DNA of 64,000 bases from Epiperipatus broadwayi (lineage: Eukaryota; Animalia; Onychophora): assembly GCA_028023455.1 (NCBI GenBank), contig JAQFVV010000008.1:14136001-14200000 (forward strand). Reading direction: 5' to 3'. A program made the position numbers and the translations under genes. The notes beneath the pieces are model-generated. The model was given only the letters and a program-made list of their open reading frames with translations. It did not search any database and was not told where the DNA came from. This document shows positions 24,704 to 36,060 of the stretch, in pieces. The stretch's first letter is position 1, and every line of letters starts with the position of its first letter.

Positions 24704-26439
24704 ATTTTAAAGAAATGCAATGTAGTTGTTTCCATTGGAAAAATGTGGCAGAGAGATGAATACACTGGAGTACTACAATTAGACATGGTGTTGAAGTATT
24801 TCAGAAAGAAACGTTTTTGCTGAAGAAACTAAAAGACAATATTATAAAATAACAACTGAACAGAAAAATGGACTAGCGTGTTCTATATGGGGAACATATT
24901 TGTGGTTCATAGATTAGTTTGTATAGTCATTGCAAAATTTATTTTTAGAGTAGTTTTTGTTCCCCCTCCCCATTTTTTTTGAGTTTGAATCCTCTTTCCC
25001 CTTTTTAGAGTGACTGTTTATAATTATTATTAAAACGAAAAGGAAATTAATTAATATTAAAACTTTCCTCAATATTTAGTATTTATTTAAAATAATATTT
25101 TCATAAATAATTCTTGTTTTAATGGGAAGAAAGATTTCTACCAAAATTAAAGTTACATGAAATTCAAATATTCATTACACTGATTTTTTCTAATAATTAC
25201 AATAATATATCTTTTCCAAATATTAATTGAAAAGTATATACATAAGCAAACAAATGGACAATATTTATAGTTAATAATCTTGTTTATATATAGATAAAAC
25301 AAATTGATTTATTTTAATACATTTTTCAAAATTTAAACTTTTTTTTTTTTTCATGTATGTGGAAGTAAATAAAATTAAAATTTGATTGTTTAATTTCAGT
25401 TTATTTTTTAACCCCTATTCAGACAATAAAGCAAAATCTAAAAAATAAAACGTAAAAAACAATAAATTTAATGAATATTTAGTTTTTTATTTAAACTTTA
25501 ATTTATAAATTAGGAGGTTGTATATTAAATAATTTTTTAGAATTAAAATTTTAGCAATATTTCTTTAACTTCAGTCCTAAAAATGATTAAATTATACCTT
25601 GTCTCATCTTTCTGGACAAAATTGTAATATGATTAATATTGGAAATGTGTCATGGTAAAATAACATGTACATTAAGTATAATAACTACGTTTTATAAGTT
25701 ACATCGTACTTTTCAAGTTTTGTTCAACTGAAGTTATGTTTGGTCATCTGATGAACATTCTTTTTATAGAATGCAATTTCTTTGGGAAATACAACAAAAG
25801 CTATAAAAGTTGTTTTCTTACCTTCGCAACCCAATGTTGCAACAAGCAATAACATATCACCTATAAAATCACTTATCACAGATCATTTAAGATTATAAAC
25901 ATAATAATGTAGTATTCTGATTGTAGTGATGATAGATTTTTAAATATGTAAAACAACAGAACCGAGTGCTGTACTTTGGTTCTATGATCAGGATCAGAAG
26001 TAGTCACTCATTTTATGGATGATATATGATCATCTTGAAAACTGTATGGGCCCCCATTTTGATTTTGATTTTCTATAGCCTCCTTGAAAAAGTCTGGTTC
26101 TTATTGAGAAATACTGGTTTAGAAAACACATAGATCACACATTTCCATGAAAAAGAAATTAGGAATAGATTTTTTAAAATAATTTGAAATTATATAAACC
26201 AATTCCATCAATAGAAATATTAAAATTAAGGCTCTAAGAAAATTCTGGAAAGCCCTGGATATCACGTTACCTCAGACCATAGTAAGAAAAACATCATCTT
26301 ACAGTTTGGGGTGATTTAAAGATTTTTGTGAAAATAATAGTTTTAATCATGAGAACACTTTTATTTCACTTATAAAGCAACAGGCAATCTGAGTATAAGT
26401 TCAGAAGGTAAAAAAAAAAGATGTGAAAGGGAGCTAGAA

Positions 26440-26750
26440 AACCAAATTGGCCAGCCTATTAATACAACAGACTGTACACATAATTACTTAGGACAAGTGT
26501 CATGCATAGTTACTTATGAATGAAAATTAAAACAAGGTTAATCTTGTTTCTGCCAGTGGAGCAGAATAATTGGCAAGAATACTGTTCAGGAAAATTCTCA
26601 GTGGATAGCTTGGAATAAAATCGTTTTCTAGAGCTTATCATGATAAATAAAAGTGATTATTTACTAAAATGAAATACAAATTTGACAAAGAAGTTGTATT
26701 GTTGCATTATCAAAAGACACTTAATATAGATATTACAAAAATTGTTTGAG
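26440..26750 (+). pseudogene. Degenerate Penelope-like GIY-YIG endonuclease remnant
   Basis: GQPINTTDCTHNYLGQ resembles G-x-Y-x-I-x-C..C...YIGQT. Downstream SRAYHDK*K*LF and QKTLNID resemble PLE C-termini. Many stops. Confidence 0.45.
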
Positions 26751-28224
26751 ATGCACTTGAAATCCAGTATTCAGAGCCATAGAAAGATGAGAGCTAGAAT
26801 AAGCCTAGTGACAAGAATTAGGATCCAGTGCCATAAAAGACCAATAATTAGAGCTACTATAAGTTAGTGAGCAGAAATACTGAAAATTATAAAAACAAAA
26901 CAACCAGCCTTAAAAAAAACAGATGACCACAAAGTTAGAAGCAGTGAAAACAAAACCAGATCAAACAAAATGAGGTCAGAATATTGGATAAGCAAGAGAG
27001 GAGGCTGGCATCCAGACTATCAAGTGAATTCATACTACTATATACTAAACATCAGTATGGGAAGAGATTCAAAATATATTAGTTTTTCTATCATTTTATT
27101 GTTAAAAAATGACCAATGCTCCTGCAATTATGTCCTGTAAATAAAATCCTCACTATGCTGTTGATGTGGGCAAATTAATATATATGTATGGCAGTACACT
27201 GCAACTCTGCCATATATGTTGTAAGGTAGATATGTTTTTTGACTAGAAGACAATCATTGCATAGTTATAATGTTCAGTGCTAGACTAATCGTAATTGATT
27301 GAATAAATGTATTTTTTATTCCTCATTCCAACATATTTCCTAACGATATCACAAAGAATAAGAATATTAAATATGTGAGCTGTTTACTGTGATTTGCTAT
27401 ATTAATTAATTATTTTTTAATTTTTAATAAACAATTAAATCCCTCTTTTTAAGTCATTTTAATTAATGCTTTCTAGTTATAAATTAATATATGCAAGAGA
27501 ATTTCTCCAACATTACATTATTTATTATATTTTTAAAATTGCAACTTTTTTATAGTGTATCAGCTTACCATCCTCTTTAACAAAAATTATTATAATATGC
27601 TAGAATGAGCCTATTATATCATTATGATGGATTTAGTTTAAAACTGAATAATATGATATTGTCCTTGTATCACTTCTTTTTTTCATACAAATAAATTCTT
27701 TCCATCTACCTTCTTCCAGGAGCAGTACTTTTTTATTTTTCTCAATAACTATCTAATATAAACTTTAATAATCAATGGATTCTGAATATGAGTCTATTGT
27801 ATCCATGTTTTTAGATGCATTACTATCTATCATCCATTGTTTATTCAAATTAATAATATCTTTTAAGTAGAATGAAGGAAAGTATTAAAAACATTTAATG
27901 TAAGCAGAGAAAGTATATCATTCGTATTTTTATTAATAAAGTCATGACATACCTTTAGTTCCTAACAATATAATGATTATTCAAGAATAGAATTCTTGAT
28001 ATATCTTTTTCCTAATTCTGTCTCATTAGCCAAATAGATTGCAAATGTTAACCTTTTTTTTTTTTAAAAAAAAAATTGCTATAAAGGAAACATTTTAGAA
28101 AGTAATTATTAATTAACTTAATCTTTTAGTAAGAATAAAATATTTTAATAATAAAAAAAGAATTTTCATTATTTATATACATCATCAATTTTCTAATGAA
28201 TTTTTCTAATATATTTATTCTTAG

Positions 28225-28344
28225 ATAAACAAACAGCATTAGAAGCAGCTACAAAATTAGAAAATAACTATCCAAATCCAATTTTGGAAGAATTGAAAGA
28301 TTATCTAAAAGATCAAATGAAAAAGAATGGAAATGATATTAGAA
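28225..28344 (+). CDS. RIG-I-like receptor / DRH helicase, internal exon (Hel2i-Hel2 junction)
   Basis: Flanked by ...ttcttag| and |gtaaga. 120 bp, phase 1-1. Translates to (D)KQTALEAATKLENNYPNPILEELKDYLKDQMKKNGNDIR, matching RIG-I ENPKLEDLCFIL-type sequence (recalled). Confidence 0.85.
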
Positions 28345-29681
28345 GTAAGATGAGAAACTTTTATATTTAAAAATTATTATTCTCTTAATTTATTTACTTT
28401 AATTAAAATGTTATATATAATGAACATGCTATTAAAACTACATGAAATAAATCCAGATGAAACTGATTCTTAGTGATATCCCTTCTATTAACCGAAAACA
28501 AAATCACTATAAAAACTGAACTGTCATTTCATTCATTACCCTGCAAGTTTTAAGTTGAGCATAGTAATGCTGTAATGTTATGTGATATGGCTACTTCTTT
28601 ATGGAAGTCTGGAATCTCTAATCCATTATACCCAGAAAAACCTATTAGCCACCTTACTTTCCCTTGCCAATCTCCACTCTCAGTTTTGTTCCATATTCTT
28701 CTCTATCCTATTCCATCCCATTTCCACAACATCAGCTTTATCCACTCCATGGCCTTTATATTTAGATCCCCATTATCTTTTTCCAAACCCAGCATAAAAA
28801 CCAAGAACCCACTTTTTCTATAATCACTTAGTTTGTATTTATTCTCCCACAAGTTCACTTAGTTTATATTTATTCTCCCACAAAGTTCATTATTTGTTTC
28901 CTTTCTGCTTGTAAGCATTTACATTCAGTTAGCAGATGACTAATATTTTCCATGCCTTCCTTACATAACTTGCAGACTAAATCACCCACATTTTTCCGTT
29001 TGTGTATATTCCCTTGTTGCTAATGATCCTGTTCGAACCTTAAATAGCAGACTATTTTCCTTTTTATTATCATAAATTAACTCACACTCAATATTCTGTT
29101 TACTTCTATATATTTTTTGACTCTTTTTACTCTCCATACTAGTTCTCCATCTCTCCAGCTTTCTATTTTTTATTAATGCAACTATTCTTCTATCCCATTC
29201 TTTGCCACTCATTCTAATTTTTCAACAATCATCCTAATTTTTGTATAAGTATACTGATATAAAGCCTTTATCCAAATCTGCATATTGTACTACCTTTCTC
29301 ACCTATCTTAATGCCTGTCCTTTACTTTAACCCAATTAAATATTATTTTATCTATTCTCTTACTATCTAAATTGCAAGCTACTGAACATTTTCATTTTTC
29401 TTTTTGCATCTCTCATGTAAAAACTTGACCATCCCATTTTTTCTTGAATTGCCTCCTTTGTACTTTTTCTAAGTAATCTAACACTCCTTTACTAACACAT
29501 AATGCATCATTACCATAAGTCAAGTGTGGGCAAATTTTTTTCGCTGAGGGCCACATTGTTTTTCGTAACACATCTAGTGGACCACAAGTAACATAAATAG
29601 AAGTATTATTTGAAAACATAATTTTCATACAAATTTATTAAATGTGTTTACGTATATAACAAAAAATATTTTATTTTCTTA

Positions 29682-31449
29682 TTAATGAGATTTGTGTAAT
29701 TGTCTACAATTCTGCTCTAAACTGTCATAATCTGGATTAAGACTACTAGTATTTATTCGTAAAATTGCATTTAAATTTGAATCTGACAAAACAGACCTAT
29801 TCTTTGATTTGTTTATATTCATACAGCAGAATGTCTGTTCACAAATATATGTTGAAGCAAGCAGTACAAACATTTTTTGGGCAAAGGTTTTCAAATTACC
29901 AAATTTTTGTGAATTGAGCAATGCATAAAAATCAGTGAATGTCATATTCATAAAAATTTCCTTCAGTGCATTATCTGATTGAAGATCTATCATTTTAAAT
30001 TGCAAATCATCCAATACTGTTTCTACAACATAACAAATTAAATTCATTTTTCAGTGAGTTAAAATCAGCAAAACGCTTTGAAAACTTTTTTCTTAAAACA
30101 GACAACTACTTACCATATTTTTTCTGAACAAACTTGATTGAAAGTCTGCATCTGCAATATTGGAAAATGCACAAAATTTTGCTCATCGAGGTGTTTGGCC
30201 AAAAGTTGTAATTTCATTTGGAACGATTTAATTTCGACAAATAATTCATGTGCAAAAACATTTTTGTCTTGTAATTTAATGTTCAGTTCATTTAATTTAT
30301 TGAAAATGTCAACTGCAAATGCGAAATCACATACCCATTCATTGTTTTTGATATTAGTGACAAATTCACAATTAATGTCTTTCATTTGAAAGAAAAGCAA
30401 AATTTCTTGTCTCAGATTCCATACCCTTTTCAGAACATTTCCAAGGCTTAACCAACATACACATCTAAATAATCACAATCCATTTCATCGAAGAAATTCC
30501 TGAACTGTCTGTGATTTAGTCCTTTTGTTCTGATGATGTTTATAGCGTGCATTACTGGATCAATCACATGTTTAAAGTGGATTTGCATAAACTTTCTTGG
30601 TGAATTATACAATGCAATGATATTAAAGAATGATGTGGATGCTCTTCTTTCACTTTTTCACCAAGAAGCTTTACGAATCCAACTGCTTTTCCTGTTAATA
30701 AAGGTGCACCATTGGTTGTTATGCTTACCAATTTATTCAATGGTAATACAGATTTATTCAGACAATTTTCAAGGTATTCATACAAAACTTTACCAGTTGT
30801 TGTGTTCATTAATTTTTCAAGTGAGAACAACTCTTCAGTAATTGCAAAATTATGATCAATTTCTCTGATGAATACAAGCAGTTATGCAGTATCTTTAATA
30901 TCATTGCTCTCATCCAGTGCCAAAGAGTACCAATCAAATGATTTGCTAACTTTAACTGTTTTAACAAATTCTCTGAAATTGCATCTATACAGCGTACTAT
31001 AGTTCTTCTTGACAAAGATATTGTTTCAATTTTTGTTTTAACTTCTGGTCAGACAATGTCAACAGTGGCATGCATGCATTCCTTTAAAAATTCACCCTCA
31101 GAAAATGATTTGTTATGTTTGGCAATATTATATGCAAGTACAAAACCAGCTTTCATTGCACCAGCTTGTATGTCATTTTGTTTGACAAAAACATTTTGTT
31201 GCCGGTTTAAACTTTTTAATAAATCATTTGCTTTTTGTTGTTTTTTATTTTTTGATAAAGTACTTGCAAATATATTGTGTTTACTTTGCAAAAGCCTCTT
31301 CAAATTGTATTTCTTGAAAACAGCAACGCTCTCATGGCATATTAAGCACACTGCTTTGTTTTCAACATTTGTGAAAAAATACTTCCATGTCCATTCATTG
31401 TTAAAAAATGGCATTCATCATCAATTTTACGTTTCTTAACTGTAGTCAT
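29682..31449 (-). pseudogene. hAT transposase, frameshifted
   Basis: MTTVKKRKIDDEC..., BED-like CLIC...KKYNLKR, SFSEGEFLKEC, HCIIHQESLC, and the C-terminal STYICEQTFCCMNINKSKNRS dimerisation motif. Split into at least 5 ORFs. Confidence 0.9.
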
Positions 31450-31857
31450 TTTTAAGAACAGATTTCAAAATTTGGAAATTAACAGCCATATCCGAACATT
31501 AGTGAAACAAATGGTATACTGGCAAGTGCAATGATTTTAATCAAGACAGTGAGATTTAGACAAAAAAGCAGAGCTGATCGAGCGAAGAGTTTCAGGATCT
31601 TAATTTGAACAATTATTTATTTTACACACATAATGAAAACAAGTTAAGTTGATAGTTTCTACTCAATGAATTATATTTTTTATTATTACAGCATTTATGA
31701 AGTTAGCATAAAGAATAAATACATTGTACAGGCTTAAACCTGCATTTATATATGTAATATATGCGGGGTTCAAACTCAGACTTTTACACGACTCACCACT
31801 CTCAGTGCCATCTCATATTGCTGACCCACCTTGATCACAGACATGTTGAAAAGATAA

Positions 31858-31916
31858 ATAATCACCAATATACGTATTTCATGCTAAACCAGCAATCATC
31901 AGTTGGTCTAGATTAC
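31858..31916 (-). ncRNA. Minimal type I hammerhead ribozyme motif
   Basis: Minus strand: gtaatctagACCAA-CTGATGA-t-TGCT-ggttt-AGCA-t-GAAA-TACGTA-TA^-TTGGTgattat. Core boxes are intact, with a 5-bp stem I plus extension, a 4-bp stem II and a palindromic stem III. Position 10.1-11.1 is U.U rather than G-C. Confidence 0.8.
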
Positions 31917-32436
31917 TATCCTCACACATATATATAATCAGTACTCAGCTTTATATTAAGATAGCCAATATTTATACTTTAATGGACAGGCTTCAAACTA
32001 TTCCAACTCACAACTCTTTAGCCTTCCATTTCATTGAAAATCTGATGATGGAACATTCAAAGCCCTTGATAGTGCCAAGGTTGTCATCCTACCCATGTTG
32101 ACATATTAGTCATTCTGACCCCTCATGGTTTAAGTCTGTACGATGTATTAATTTATATATAAGTAGTGTGTAAAAGGTCTGCCCATCCCTCGCATATGTA
32201 TATATAAATGGATTATTCTCCTGTACATGAGGGGTCAGAATGACTAATATGTCAACATGGGTAGGATGACAACCTTGGCACTATCAAGGGCTTTGAACAT
32301 TCCATCATCAGATTTTCAATGAAATGGAAGGCTAAAGAGTTGTGAGTTGGAATAGTTTGAAGCCTGTCCATTAAAGTATAAATATTGGCTATCTTAATAT
32401 AAAGCTGAGTACTGATTATATATATGTGTGAGGATA

Positions 32437-32495
32437 GTAATCTAGACCAACTGATGATTGCTGGTTTAGCATGAAATATGTATATTGGTGATTAT
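32437..32495 (+). ncRNA. Minimal type I hammerhead ribozyme motif
   Basis: CTGATGA at 32451-32457 and GAAA at 32473-32476. Predicted AUA^ cleavage after 32484. Stem I ACCAA/TTGGT. Stem III reads TATGTA in this copy. Confidence 0.75.
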
Positions 32496-35400
32496 TTATC
32501 TTTTTAACATGTGTGTGATCAGGTGGGTCAGCAATATGAGATGGCACTGAGAGTGGTGGGTCGTGTGAAAGTCTGAGTTCGAACCCCGCATAAAGAATAA
32601 AGAAAATAACTGAGAATAAAAAAAGTAATTGACGTTCATATATATTTCATCACCTTTAAAGATGAAAAATAATTTTTTAAATCTTAGCATTATTAGTTTT
32701 TCAAATCAACTAAATTTACTATTCATTTAGTTATTTTGAAGTTGTTTACAAGAACACCTGAGTTTGGTAATTATAAAATAAATTTAAAAAAAAAAGTTTC
32801 AACTGGTGATGCATGATTAATTTATCTTTAAACAGAAAAGGAAAATCTTTTAGAAACAGATAAGAGAAGTTGGATAAAAAAAAATCTTTTAGCAGTTTAG
32901 CATTCTATTTAATTACTTAATTGTATTTTTTTTTAAAGGGGATAAATTTTTAAAAAATAAAAGGTACAAATAGTAACTAACCTGTGGTGTGTATTTGTGT
33001 GTTATTACTAACAAGTTGTTTCGATTCTTAAATGTTAAAATCTAGCATACCTATACATTTTAAATAAGTTTGCTATTCATATTTGATGATATCGATGTAC
33101 TGGATTGAATGAAAATAGCAAATGAAGAACAAGAATAAAGACAATACATTTTTCCCAAGTGTTTATACACTTTTATTTCAAAAGGCACTTGGGAAGTGTT
33201 AATTGAGATTTTTATAGATCGTAAGTAAGATCTTTGTTTAATGGAAGTTAAAAATCTTCCATTTGTTATAAATTGATAAAATTTTTAGCAAAAGTGCTTT
33301 TGTGTGCAAATTTTCCCTTTGATAAATTAGGTATGTATTAATTAACACCTTTAACGGAAGAAAAAATACAACATTTTCTACAAATATCCCAAAAGCATTT
33401 ATTTATTTGTTTTATTGATTTATCTTATTTTAAGTCTCATGTCATATACGCATTATGAATTAACTTGTATTTAAATAAGACTTAAAATTTTCTTTCTTCC
33501 AATTTTAAATAACAGAAAGCCAACTAATTAAGCAAACATTAATGACATTTTTTTGTTGTTGTTACCAGACTAATCTTTCAGTAAAGATTTTGCTTTTATT
33601 AAAGATAATTGATCATGCATTTCAGTTCAAAGTTTATGTTTGCAATTAAAAAACAACAACAGGTTTTTATAAACAATTTTTTAAAAATTAGTTTCATTGA
33701 TTTGAAAATATTCACACATTTACAAATCGAATTTTATTTTATTCTTAAAAGACAAAAATATATACATGCATCAAATACAATATTATTTTATTTTTAAGAA
33801 ACAAAAATATATATGTACGTCAATTATTAACTGGAAACTATTACAATAGGTATTTTTTATCTATATGTAAAATCTGTATGATAATATATAAATATGACAT
33901 TTTTAAATTTATAGATGGGCCACACAAATGCACACCAGGGGTCGCATGTGGCGTGCGGGCCATAGTTTGCTCCCCCCTGCCATAAGTTAACCCTGCTACT
34001 GCCATTCCCTTCCATACAATTTTTGCTGTCTCATATTTGTTATATGAAAACACTTCATTTCTTTATCAATCCCTTTCTTTTTTTTTTTTTGCTTCATTTA
34101 TCACCTTTTTCTCCCATTCATCCAAGCAGTTCATCTGATTACTTAAGACAATACTAAATAATTATACCACATTTAACTTTATACCACCCAATAAAAATTC
34201 TTTCTCTTCTTTTTCCCCAGCATTTATTATCATTTTTGATTTTTTTTCACTAAATTTGATCCCCACTTCTTTACCCACTCTTGCTCAAGTCTTCAGCACA
34301 ACTTCCATATCTTCTCTATTTTCTGTGCACAAGAAAATATCATCAGCAAATAAAAGACCTGATAATGTATACACTCCATTGCCATTTATTAATGATATCT
34401 CTACCCCTCTTCTTAGTCTTTCTAATGCCATCTCCCTTTTTCTCAAATATAAAAAAAACAAAATAGTGACATAGGACATCCTTGCCTTAATCCCACCCCA
34501 TTTTTAACTCTAACTGATTCTGTATTTTCTAATTGACACATATAGTAATTATTTTCATATTATCTCTTAATAAGATCAATTAAAGTACCATTTATTCTTA
34601 AATTTACTAAATTTACTCATAATCTATTTCTATTTACTCTATCATATGCCTTCTCTATATTTATAAAAGACCATTTAACTGTATTGTATTCCTACTCATG
34701 TCTATAAGTTGTGTGACTACAAATAAACTATCCTATATGCCTATCCAATCTAAAACTTTCTTGCATTCCTTCCACTATTATTTTCTTCCATACATTTTGC
34801 CATTCTTCCAGCCACCATATATGCATAACTTTATATAACTCCATTTTATCATCCTTATTTACATTTTCCTCCATTTTTCCTAACTTTTTCTTTAAATTAT
34901 CTACGCTTAAAACTATTTTTTCACCTCTTTTATCACATTTGTACATGATTTACACAACCATACACCTTTTATATTTTTCCTAATCTTATTTAAGCACTTC
35001 AAATGAATAACCTAACCTCATCATATACTGTACATGCTACCAAAGTTCATCTAGTTTAATTCTGACCATCATACATACATTATGGGATACAAATGCAGTC
35101 CATATTTTCTTATTTTTTCAAGTCCCCTACTCTATATTTAAATTTATGATTTTTTTTACCCATTCCAAACCTCATTATACAAAAAAAAAAAATTTTTTTT
35201 TTATAATTGAGACCAAGAAACATGTGCTATCCTAAACTCACATTTCAATGTTATCTTCTTCTTTCAAATAAATCACTCTCACTTAAATTGAAAAAAAAAT
35301 TTAATATCAAACCTCCTAAAATCCAATTAATCTTTTATATACCTTAGTTTTAAGATCTCATTACAGTAATCAAAAATATTTTTTTTCTTTATATTTAAAA

Positions 35401-35559
35401 TGTTGGTATCTCATTCCTAACATTAGCAATATTATTCTCAATCTTTCCAAATCCAATTAAATCTATCTCTCTGTGCTCCAACTCTTTTTTTCTCATCCAT
35501 TCTCTAAACAAATATTCCCCAGGAACAGAAATTTTTATCTAGATATTAGTAAAAATATA

Positions 35560-36060
35560 TAAAACTTCAAGTTATCTTGCGGGCAAAAATCATCCACATC
35601 AGCACAGCAAGGCCGTCAAGTAGCAAACTCTCCATATAGTAGTGCCACCAAATGCAAGCCGTTAATAATCAATGGATGCAGGAAGGTTTGTTAATAAAAT
35701 TCCTATTTAGTGCATACTTATCCAATATTCCCAAACTAATGCAATTCTTTAGCACCCTTTTACCTATTTGGTTAACTATAAAGCTAGGAGGCCATTATGA
35801 AAACATAATAATGTTTTCAACCCAAGCTCATTCGCTTGTATAATCATATACATCTGATGAAAGCCACAAGCTAGAAATCACTCTGGGGATATTGGATTAG
35901 TAGGCACTAGATAGGGATTTTTATGCACAAACCTTCTTGCATCCATTAATTACAAAGGGTTGCATTTGGTGGCACTAAGGTATGGAGAGTTTACTACTGT
36001 TATTAACACCCTGTGGTGATCATGTGATGTAGTTGAAATAGAAAATTTAATTTAGATAGT
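35560..36060. mobile_element. Older Penelope-like inverted-repeat insertion with a degenerate hammerhead core
   Basis: Diverged inverted arms at about 35620-35733 and 35885-35998. The spacer has EAIMK..NVFN-like codons followed by CTGATGA-a-AGC-cacaa-GCT-a-GAAA at 35854-35877. Flanking direct repeats are only approximate. Confidence 0.5.

Larger units (their letters stand above)
19450..24900 (+). mobile_element. Degenerate RTE-clade LINE (EN + RT), split by the insertion at 21994-24563
   Basis: EN-like HLIDYVIVR near 20050. RT-like VPIFKNKGNREDYGNYHGISLLSTTAKLFSRILLNRL at 20840-21052. C-terminal LYG|ELK...RPFL..KD is continuous across the insertion. The 5' boundary is approximate. Confidence 0.8.
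31706..32601 (-). mobile_element. Penelope-like/retrozyme-type inverted-repeat insertion #2, nested in the hAT
   Basis: 14-bp direct repeat GCATAAAGAATAAA at 31706-31719 and 32588-32601. 40-bp tail at 31720-31759. Near-identical inverted arms 31760-32127 and 32226-32592 with a 98-bp spacer. Each arm has a hammerhead motif. Confidence 0.85.
29521..33979 (-). mobile_element. hAT DNA transposon, Buster/SPIN (GTF2IRD2/EPM2AIP1-like) type
   Basis: Imperfect TIRs CAAGTGTGGGCAAA / TTTGCTCCCCCCTG. Exact 8-bp TSD CCATAAGT at 29513-29520 and 33980-33987. Confidence 0.92.
28900..35550 (-). mobile_element. Degenerate non-LTR retrotransposon (LINE), split by the hAT at 29521-33979
   Basis: RT motif LLFADD at about 34340. 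C-terminal SLLFKVRTGSL...C region at 28982-29212. Frame GLTYG|NDALC is continuous across the hAT. Clade not assigned and ends are approximate. Confidence 0.75.

Noticed and set aside
25748-25785. CTGATGA with a CATTC/GAATG stem as a hammerhead
   Set aside because: The GAAA box is absent (CAAT) and no stem I partner is present.
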